Of a stretch of 19,587 nucleotides of DNA, positions 7,729-13,812 are shown piece after piece. The DNA lies in NCBI GenBank assembly GCA_964541755.1, contig CAZIRF010000048.1, positions 1 to 19,587 of the forward strand. Direction: 5' to 3'. The position numbers and the translations under genes were made by a program. Under the pieces are notes generated by a model that had not been told where the DNA came from, did no database searches, and saw only the letters and a program-made list of their open reading frames with translations. The stretch is from an uncultured Spirochaetales bacterium. GTDB taxonomy: Bacteria > Spirochaetota > Spirochaetia > Treponematales > Breznakiellaceae. The stretch's first letter is position 1. Each line of letters starts with the position of its first letter.

Positions 7729-7775
7729 GGCTGTCGCAAAAGTCACTCAAGACTTTTGCGACAGCCCCTTTTGTC
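7729..7775. terminator. Strong bidirectional rho-independent terminator. Perfect 16-bp stem GGCTGTCGCAAAAGTC / GACTTTTGCGACAGCC with loop ACTCAA. It is flanked by an A9 run upstream and CCTTTTGTC downstream.
   Basis: Direct reading. It lies between the convergent OMP gene (+) and the yjfB-like gene (-), and can terminate both. Confidence 0.85.
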
Positions 7776-7789
7776 ATGATTTACCGGTA

Positions 7790-7999
7790 CTACGCCTGCA
7801 GGTCAATGTTTTGACCGAGGGCGGGGTCCGCGAACGACTCTTGCATCATCCCGACCACAGCGGCGCCCTGATTTTCGGCGCTGTCCATGGCCATCTTCTG
7901 CACCTGCATGCCGGCGCTCTGGATGAGATCCATCCGGGAAAGGCTTGTCGAAAGCTGTGCGATATCCATGCCTCCAATATACGGCATCGAAACCGACAA
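7790..7999 (-). CDS. yjfB: YjfB-like putative motility protein, small (59-69 aa).
   Basis: The sequence MDIAQLSTSLSRMDLIQSAGMQVQKMAMDSAENQGAAVVGMMQESFADPALGQNIDL matches the YjfB-family pattern (MDIAaLSm.mSq...q....v.K.AmD...). The TTG at 7999 has an AGGGAGG SD 6 nt upstream and would add MSVSMPYIGG. The family-typical start is the ATG at 7969, whose GGAGG is only 1 nt away. The start is therefore ambiguous. Confidence 0.55.
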   Translation of the reverse strand: MSVSMPYIGGMDIAQLSTSLSRMDLIQSAGMQVQKMAMDSAENQGAAVVGMMQESFADPALGQNIDLQA

Positions 8000-8000
8000 A

Positions 8001-8861
8001 TCAATCCTCCCTCTGGCGTATCAGGCGAATCTTGTCCCACACAAAGAGGCCCAGTGCAGCAGTCGCGACCGCACAGAGCAAAACGACGGCAATGCCCAAT
8101 TCTGCAAGGAGGGCCATCCCCAGGGCGCCGAAGGCCGCCGCAAGTATTTCCAACGCGGCCGGGGGGAGTTGCTCGACCAATGAGAGCGATATGGTACAGA
8201 AGGAGTTCTGCTCGCTGTAATCGCCCAGAGAGACCCCCAAGTCCTGTATCTGCCCCTCGATTTCAAGGATCTTGGTCTCGAGGGCCACCAGATCCGACAG
8301 GTCTGCCCCGGCTGTGCGCAGGGATTTGAGGCCGTCGCGGGTCTTTTCAAGGGAAAGACGGCTCGCCTCCAGGGCGCGATATTCGGCAGTACGGTCGCTC
8401 TTTACGATTTCAATCCCGCGAAGACGTGCGATACCCGAAAAGGCTTCAACCGTGGCGTCAAAGGCCTCGGGGACCACCCCCAGCTTGAGCGAGAGGACCC
8501 GCGAGCCGGGAAGGCCGCTCACATTCTCGCTCTGTATGACGGCGTCCGCCTTGCGCGCGAGGGCTCGGATCTCCTCGTTGTCCTTCTCGAAATTTGGGCT
8601 CGAAAGACGCACGGAGGCAACCCGCTCGTACTTCTGGTCGACGACCTGGCTCCCGCCCCCTTGGGCAATGACGATTTTCTCGCTGGCGTAATTGGCCTTG
8701 CTCCGCGACGAGGGCATGCTGTTCTGCACCATGTTGTCAAACCCGAAAACATCCTGCGGTGAGCGAAAGACCGAGACGAGCTCCGCGACAAAAAAACCGG
8801 CAAAAAGGACAAGATAGACGAGAATGGCCGCCTGGATGGCGCGTTTCACGGATTTTTTCAC
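8001..8861 (-). CDS. DUF4349-like bitopic membrane protein. N-terminal TM/signal anchor, central coiled-coil region, C-terminal TM. 286 aa.
   Basis: N-terminal hydrophobic helix (AIQAAILVYLVLFAGFFVA). Heptad-like central region (LSDLVALETKILEIEGQIQDLGVSL). C-terminal TM (ILAAAFGALGMALLAELGIAVVLLCAVATAALGLFVW). The DUF4349 call is from memory. GTG start at 8861 with AGGAG 5 nt upstream. The stop lies 1 nt before the yjfB TTG. Confidence 0.5.
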   Translation of the reverse strand: MKKSVKRAIQAAILVYLVLFAGFFVAELVSVFRSPQDVFGFDNMVQNSMPSSRSKANYASEKIVIAQGGGSQVVDQKYERVASVRLSSPNFEKDNEEIRALARKADAVIQSENVSGLPGSRVLSLKLGVVPEAFDATVEAFSGIARLRGIEIVKSDRTAEYRALEASRLSLEKTRDGLKSLRTAGADLSDLVALETKILEIEGQIQDLGVSLGDYSEQNSFCTISLSLVEQLPPAALEILAAAFGALGMALLAELGIAVVLLCAVATAALGLFVWDKIRLIRQRED

Positions 8862-8963
8862 ACAGACTCCTTGTCGTGGGGGATGCGGATTTTCGGCCCC
8901 GGTACGGGGCCCGCGTGGTAAGGGTACGGGGCGGGCCGCGCAAGCGGCCCGCCTGGCCTGCCA

Positions 8964-9935
8964 TCAGCCGTGATCGTCCCCCTCTTCTTCCTCACCGGAG
9001 AGTATGCGGGTATCCACGAGGGCGGCACGATCCTTGAGGGAAGAGGAGAAACTGATACCGGGGGCGGCCGTCTCGCCCCGCGCGGGGATGAGTATGTCCT
9101 CGCCCGTGCGGGGGTTCTTGACGACGCGGGGCTTGCGCGGGGGTCGCAGCTTGAGCGAGAGGCGGCCGATGCGTCCCAAAGAGACCCGTTCGCCCAAGAG
9201 GAGCCCCGATTCCACGGTGGACAGGAAGTCCGCGACCAGCTGGCGGGTACGCGTAATGGTAAGGCCGTTCTTGCCGGCAATGTAGCGGGCCATGGCGTTG
9301 AGCGTGAACTGTTCGGTCCCGCCGGCGCCGTCCTGACGGGTCATGGTAAGGTCCCGGTTGAGTTTCATGAAGCCATTGGTGATGAAGATACCCGCCTCGC
9401 GTATGCGCTTTTCCTGTTCGCCGGCATCGAGGCGGGCGGGACAGACGGCGATGCGGTAGAGCTTCGAGGTGGACTGCAGGGGGCCGGCGCGGAAGAGGAG
9501 GGGCTTGTCGCGTGCAGGGGCTTCGGCGAGGACGGCTCCTTCGCCGGATACTATTGAAGGAACATCGCTGCGCAGCTTGATGGACGCATACTCGAGGCTG
9601 CGCCCGAAGCCTTCGCCGGGGGGGCCGCCTTCGGGCGCCGCCGCGGGCCCCAAGGTAACGAGGGAGCCGGAGTAGGTCAGGGCTATGAGGGCCCGGCCGT
9701 CGTCCGGGGGAAGGGAAGCGCAATCTTCCAGTTCAAGAAGGTGCGACTGGCTCTCCCATAGTTCGAATTTTGCGAGCCAGTTGGCCGCGAGCTGCTCGCG
9801 CAGAACATCGGCACCCGCTCCGTCGCCACTGGACAGGGCAGCGGCCAAGGCAGATGCAGTAGCGGTATCGGCCAGTAGCCCGTCAATTTGGGCTTGAATT
9901 TCTTCGGGGAGTGTCCCGAACACGTTTTTGGTCAT
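8964..9935 (-). CDS. Two-domain protein of 323 aa. An N-terminal domain of unknown function (about 200 aa) is fused to a C-terminal HU/IHF-type DNA-binding domain and an acidic tail (EEEEGDDHG).
   Basis: C-terminal HU fold: LTITRTRQLVADFLSTVESGLLLGERVSLGRIGRLSLKLRPPRKPRVVKNPRTGEDILIPARGETAAPGISFSSSLKD. Compare the HU consensus ...[28 protein letters not shown]...F..GK.LKD. The N-terminal domain is paralogous to CDS 10421..10948. ATG at 9935 with GGGGG 6 nt upstream. Confidence 0.75.
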   Translation of the reverse strand: MTKNVFGTLPEEIQAQIDGLLADTATASALAAALSSGDGAGADVLREQLAANWLAKFELWESQSHLLELEDCASLPPDDGRALIALTYSGSLVTLGPAAAPEGGPPGEGFGRSLEYASIKLRSDVPSIVSGEGAVLAEAPARDKPLLFRAGPLQSTSKLYRIAVCPARLDAGEQEKRIREAGIFITNGFMKLNRDLTMTRQDGAGGTEQFTLNAMARYIAGKNGLTITRTRQLVADFLSTVESGLLLGERVSLGRIGRLSLKLRPPRKPRVVKNPRTGEDILIPARGETAAPGISFSSSLKDRAALVDTRILSGEEEEGDDHG

Positions 9936-9950
9936 TGAAGACCCCCTTTT

Positions 9951-10298
9951 TTACTGCCCGGGGACAGCACTTATCTTGAGCTCGGTCTTCCCCACGAGGA
10001 CGGTGTCCCCGGCAGCGAGAAGCCGTTTTTCCATCTTTTGCAGGGGTTTGCCGTTGACGAAGGTCCCGTTGGTGCTGTTGAGGTCTTTGATGGTATACTC
10101 GCCCTGGGAAAACTCCACGAGGGCGTGGCGCCTGGAGACGAGGCTGTCGCCGGTGATGACAATGTCGCAGCCCTCCTCCCGACCAATGAGAAAGCGCTTG
10201 GGGATGAAGATCGATCGGTCACGGAAGCGCATGGAGAGGCTCTTTTCCTTGGTTTCGCGCGCCTTGGGGCTGCGCTTGTATACTGTCGAATCGTCCAT
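9951..10298 (-). CDS. Small soluble FHA-domain protein (about 115 aa; 93 aa if it starts at the ATG at 10232).
   Basis: Canonical FHA motifs: FLIGREEGCDIVITGDSLVSRRHALVEFSQGEYTIKDLNSTNGTFVNGKPL (G-R, SxxH, NG). The track ORF start at 10442 would run through the divergent promoter and the neighbouring gene's RBS. I prefer the ATG at 10298, which has a weak SD. The ATG at 10232 is the alternative. Confidence 0.7.
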   Translation of the reverse strand: MDDSTVYKRSPKARETKEKSLSMRFRDRSIFIPKRFLIGREEGCDIVITGDSLVSRRHALVEFSQGEYTIKDLNSTNGTFVNGKPLQKMEKRLLAAGDTVLVGKTELKISAVPGQ

Positions 10299-10374
10299 AT
10301 CTTCGATGATACGACGCTTTTTGCCAGTCGGCAATGTTCTTGTTGCCCAAATGCGTGCGTCGGGGGCAAGTGCT

Positions 10375-10384
10375 GTGTTATATT
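10375..10384 (+). promoter_or_regulatory. Candidate extended -10 promoter element TGtTATATT for the plus-strand gene at 10421. It lies in the divergent intergenic region.
   Basis: A TGn+TATATT match sits about 37 bp upstream of the ATG. No clear -35. The region also carries TTGCC/GGCAA half-sites (see findings). Confidence 0.3.
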
Positions 10385-10420
10385 GTGTGCAAGGCGTTTT
10401 GCCGAAAAAAGGAGAACAGC

Positions 10421-10948
10421 ATGGGAGAACGATTCGATTCACTGCCCCCGTACATCCAGGATCACATCCGCCAGCTCGTCAAACCCTCGGGCCTTCCCGA
10501 AGGCGACGAGAGTCTCGAGGCCCTTGCCGGTGCCTGGAACGAGAAACAGGAGCTGTTCGCACAAGAGGCGGCCACTCACGATATGGAGGAAGTCGACTTC
10601 TTTGCAAAGACGGAAGAGCGCGGCGCCCTGGCCATGACCTGGTCGGGATCCCTGGTAAACATCGGCCCGCTGGTCGACGGGAAGCGCGTCTGCGAGTACA
10701 GCTCCATCGGGCTGCGCAAGGATGTCCCCGACAGCGCCAAGGAAGAGGAGAGTGCCCTCGAAGCCGATCTCGAGAGCGATGCGGTCGCCGCCTTTGCCAA
10801 GGGTCCGGTGCGAAAGACGAGCCCCCTGCTCAAGATCGCCGTATTCAAGAAGGAAATGCCCCCCGCCGTCGAGGAGGAAGAACTCGCCGCCCTTACCCAG
10901 GTAATTGGCGACAGCTTCGTGGAAGTAAACAAGACCGTAATCCGCTAA
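10421..10948 (+). CDS. Acidic protein of unknown function, 175 aa. It is a stand-alone paralogue of the N-terminal domain of the HU-fusion protein at 8964..9935.
   Basis: Alignable blocks with the HU-fusion N-domain: F(D/G)(S/T)LP..IQ..I..L; LAGAWNEKQELFAQE vs LAANWLAKFELWESQ; ALAMTWSGSLVNIGP vs ALIALTYSGSLVTLGP; EYSSIGLRKDVP vs EYASIKLRSDVP; LLKIAVF vs LYRIAVC; IGDSFVEVNK vs IFITNGFMKLNR. Strong SD AAGGAG 6 nt upstream of the ATG at 10421. The track ORF starts at a TTG 29 codons earlier with no RBS. Confidence 0.7.
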   Translation: MGERFDSLPPYIQDHIRQLVKPSGLPEGDESLEALAGAWNEKQELFAQEAATHDMEEVDFFAKTEERGALAMTWSGSLVNIGPLVDGKRVCEYSSIGLRKDVPDSAKEEESALEADLESDAVAAFAKGPVRKTSPLLKIAVFKKEMPPAVEEEELAALTQVIGDSFVEVNKTVIR

Positions 10949-10967
10949 GGCGCAAGGGGACAGGTAC

Positions 10968-12869
10968 ATGGCAGAGGAACCCGTTTTCATAGGCAAGTAC
11001 CGCTTGCTCAATCTCGTGGCGAAAGGGGGGATGGGGGCCGTCTACAAGGCGGTCCACCCCACCCTCAAGCGCGAAGTCATACTCAAGAAGCTCACCGTAC
11101 GCAATGCCCAGTTCATCGAACGCTTCAAACGCGAAGCGGCCATCATGATGGACTTCAAGCACGACAACATCGTTGCGGTCTGGGACCACTTCAAGGAGGG
11201 TGCCTCGTACTATATCGCCCTCGAGTACGTCGACGGCTTTTCACTGGGAGATCTCGTCAAGAGGGAGCGGGCCCTCCCCTCATCCCTGGCCATGTACCTC
11301 TTCCTGCACGTTTGCCGCGCCCTCAAGTACGCCCACGACCGCGGCGTTATCCACCGCGACATCAAGCCCGCCAACGTCCTGCTCTCCCGCTCGGGAGAGA
11401 TCAAGCTCGCAGACTTTGGCATAGCCACCCGCGACAACGAGACCGATACGGGGCTCACCACCCAGGGCATGACCCTGGGGACCCCTTCCTACATGCCCCC
11501 CGAACAGTTCGAAAACTCCAAGAGTGTCGACAAGTGCGCCGATATCTACGCCATGGGGGTCATGCTCTACGAAATGGTCACCGGCAAGAAGCCCTTCCCC
11601 GGCAACTTCGCCCCGGACACCATCGCCAAGATCCAGAAGGGCCAGTACCTGCGGGTCCAGCGTATCAATCCCAAGGTGGATCGTACGGTGGTCCGCCTCT
11701 GCCAAAAGATGATACGCCCCAAGAAGGAGCAGCGCTACCAGGACCTCGCGCCGGTCATACGCATCCTCGAACGCCGCCTCAAACAGGAGGATTTCGCAGA
11801 GGAAAAGGACCGCCTCCACGCCCTCATGAACCGGCGCCCCTTTACCCCAAAGAGAAAGCCCCGAAAAATGCTGCGCCGCATACTCTCCATCGCCCTTCCA
11901 TCGGCGGCAATCCTCGCCATCGGCCTCTCGCTCATTGTCTCGAGCGGCATCTTCCGCGGCTGGTTTCAGGCACATGACTGGGGGCGCCTCCGCGTCGAAG
12001 TGGCCCGCCCCGCGAAACAGGAGGAAGCCCTCCCCGTTTCCATCAAACTCTACACCGAAAAGAACGGCGAGCTCTCCTATCTGCAAAACCTCGAGATTCC
12101 GGGCCCCTGGCAGCGCACAAAGAGCTCGCTCACAGCCCTCCTGCCCGAAAACCGCCAAACAAATACAGATCAACTCTCTACCGACAGCGTATATTTGCCT
12201 GCCGGCTGGTACCGGCTCAAGATACAGACGGGGAACAAAGTCCTGTGGGATTCGGTGTACCTTGAACCGCTCGTTGTTCAGCGTATGCAGGGCCGCGGAG
12301 CGGGCCTGATTCTCGACTACGAGCCGGGCGAGGCCATCCCCAAGCCGGTTACCTTCAGCTTCGCCATACGCGATGAACGCCTCAAATCGGACATCACCGC
12401 GCAGTGTGACATTCTCTTCCAGACAAAGGCGGGCGCATGGGTCCCCTTCGAGCGCTTCCCCGAATCCGAACGCCTCTCCGGGCGTGTCTTTCGCATACGC
12501 GTAGCCGCGAAGGGCTACGACAGCCGCGTATTCTCGCTCTTGGTGGAACCGGGGCAAACGGAGCTGGGCATACAGGCCTCCCTCGCCCCGCTTACCGCCA
12601 CCCTCGTCCTCAAGACCGGCCTTTCGCGCGTATCCTTTACCCTCAACGACCAGAAGGCCGTGCTTTCCGGTACACAGGAGCGCCGCCTCGTCCCCCTGCG
12701 CCTCTCGCGCGGCGAAGAACTCAAACTGGAACTGCCACCGGGCAGCTGGGCCATTGCCAGCGGCTCGGGTAGCGACGAAGAGCGCATGGAATTGCAGCTG
12801 GCCCCCGGGGAAACCCGCAGGGTGGAGTTTTACCGGGACGATGGCAGCCGCACCATACAGTTGCGTTGA
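10968..12869 (+). CDS. Hanks-type Ser/Thr protein kinase, 633 aa. Cytoplasmic kinase domain, one TM helix, and a roughly 300-aa extracytoplasmic beta-rich domain (possibly PEGA/Ig-like repeats, not PASTA).
   Basis: Gly-loop AKGGMGAVYKA, catalytic Lys in VILKKL, catalytic loop HRDIKPANVLL, DFG (LADFGIA), activation-segment GTPSYMPPEQ. TM LSIALPSAAILAIGLSLIVSSGIF. C-terminal motifs LPAGWYRLKI, AAKGYDSRVFSL and LPPGSWAIA are reminiscent of PEGA domains. Confidence 0.9.
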   Translation: MAEEPVFIGKYRLLNLVAKGGMGAVYKAVHPTLKREVILKKLTVRNAQFIERFKREAAIMMDFKHDNIVAVWDHFKEGASYYIALEYVDGFSLGDLVKRERALPSSLAMYLFLHVCRALKYAHDRGVIHRDIKPANVLLSRSGEIKLADFGIATRDNETDTGLTTQGMTLGTPSYMPPEQFENSKSVDKCADIYAMGVMLYEMVTGKKPFPGNFAPDTIAKIQKGQYLRVQRINPKVDRTVVRLCQKMIRPKKEQRYQDLAPVIRILERRLKQEDFAEEKDRLHALMNRRPFTPKRKPRKMLRRILSIALPSAAILAIGLSLIVSSGIFRGWFQAHDWGRLRVEVARPAKQEEALPVSIKLYTEKNGELSYLQNLEIPGPWQRTKSSLTALLPENRQTNTDQLSTDSVYLPAGWYRLKIQTGNKVLWDSVYLEPLVVQRMQGRGAGLILDYEPGEAIPKPVTFSFAIRDERLKSDITAQCDILFQTKAGAWVPFERFPESERLSGRVFRIRVAAKGYDSRVFSLLVEPGQTELGIQASLAPLTATLVLKTGLSRVSFTLNDQKAVLSGTQERRLVPLRLSRGEELKLELPPGSWAIASGSGSDEERMELQLAPGETRRVEFYRDDGSRTIQLR

Positions 12870-12896
12870 CGATCGAAACAAGGAGATCATACTGAT

Positions 12897-13802
12897 ATGA
12901 CCAACGCCATCCGCCGCCTCATCATCATTTGCATGGGGCTCGCCGCCGGGCTCTGCGCCTGGCCCCTCGTGGAACTCGTCCTCGCCTCGCAGGAGGCCTT
13001 TCCCTCATACTTCCTCTACTCAAGCGCCATCGGCAGCCTCGTGGGCGCAATCCTGGGGGCCTTCTTCGCCGCAGCCGGCGGACTCTGCGACCGCGCCCCC
13101 GGAAAGGCCCTCGACGGGGCCTGGAAGGGCGCCCTAGCCGGCCTCGCGGGGGGCGTCCTCTCGACCCTCGTCGCCCAAGGCTTGCTCTTTTACTTTGGCG
13201 ACCGTTTCCTCTACCGCCAGAGTCCCGACGGCTTTACCGAAGGCAACAGCAACACAGCGCTCCTCATCGCGCAAGCTGCCGGCTGGCTCGTCGTCGGGGC
13301 GGCCATCGGAATAGCGGAAGGGCTGCGGGCCAAATCGGCCCGCAAGGTCGCCCTGGGATTTATCGGCGGCATTGCGGGAGGGGGCCTCGGGGGGCTTCTC
13401 TTTACCTGGCTCACTATCAAGGCCCCCGACTTCAATCCGGGCCGCCTCCTGGCCCTTATGCTTATGGGGGGGCTTATCGCCGTTTTCTACGCCCTCTTGG
13501 AACGGCGTTTTGCGGTGGGAAGCCTCAAGGTATTGAACGGGCCCCTCAAGGGCAAGGAATTCCTTGTAAACCAGCGCCGCCTTCGGCTGGGAAGCGACAG
13601 TGCCTGCGACATAGTCCTTGCCGGGTATCGCGATGTGGCCGCCCACCATGGCGAGCTCATCGTCAAAAAAGGCGAGCTCGTCCTGCGCCGCGGGGAGCGG
13701 GTGGTCATCGTCAACGACCGCGAAACGGCCGGGCAAACGCTCAAGCTCGATGACGTCATCAAGCTGGGAAGCGCGACCTTCCTCTACGGCTACTTCGGCT
13801 AG
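12897..13802 (+). CDS. Polytopic membrane protein (about 5 Gly/Ala-rich TM helices) with a C-terminal cytoplasmic FHA-like domain. 301 aa.
   Basis: Hydrophobic Gly-rich segments through residue 200 or so. C-terminal KVLNGPLKGKEFLVNQRRLRLGSDSACDIVLAGYRDVAAHHGELIVKKGELVLRRGERVVIVNDRE is a divergent FHA (G..R..LGS...DIVL......HH.E). AAGGAG lies 11 nt upstream of the ATG. Confidence 0.65.
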   Translation: MTNAIRRLIIICMGLAAGLCAWPLVELVLASQEAFPSYFLYSSAIGSLVGAILGAFFAAAGGLCDRAPGKALDGAWKGALAGLAGGVLSTLVAQGLLFYFGDRFLYRQSPDGFTEGNSNTALLIAQAAGWLVVGAAIGIAEGLRAKSARKVALGFIGGIAGGGLGGLLFTWLTIKAPDFNPGRLLALMLMGGLIAVFYALLERRFAVGSLKVLNGPLKGKEFLVNQRRLRLGSDSACDIVLAGYRDVAAHHGELIVKKGELVLRRGERVVIVNDRETAGQTLKLDDVIKLGSATFLYGYFG

Positions 13803-13812
13803 GGAGCAGAAT

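Noticed and set aside
7811-8329. 172-aa plus-strand ORF (TTG start) overlapping yjfB and DUF4349 on the opposite strand
   Set aside because: No RBS. Arg/Pro-rich. It is antisense to two genes that have good SDs and an operon arrangement.
8992-9723. 243-aa minus-strand ORF and 8970..9557 plus-strand ORF overlapping the HU-fusion gene
   Set aside because: They are different frames or strands of the same region. Only the 8964..9935 frame yields the HU fold and the paralogous N-domain. The others are Arg/Pro/Gly-rich shadows.
9928-10992. 354-aa plus-strand ORF spanning the FHA gene, the divergent promoter and the start of the next gene
   Set aside because: It runs through an intergenic promoter region and is antisense to a canonical FHA domain. 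The Arg-rich product has no structure.
11280-12890. 536-aa minus-strand ORF antisense to the Ser/Thr kinase (plus 11312..11977 +, 11935..12309 +)
   Set aside because: The kinase frame has every Hanks motif in order. The antisense product is Gly/Ala/Glu-rich without motifs.
12929-13753. 274-aa plus-strand ORF in an alternative frame of the membrane-FHA gene, and the 13134..14006 minus-strand ORF
   Set aside because: Extremely Arg/Pro/Gly-rich. The 12897..13802 frame gives coherent TM helices and an FHA domain.
13618-13812. 65-codon upstream extension of the vWA-FHA ORF as given in the track (start 13618)
   Set aside because: The extension overlaps the end of the preceding gene in another frame and is Ser-rich low complexity. 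The ATG at 13813 has an SD and is followed directly by a signal peptide.
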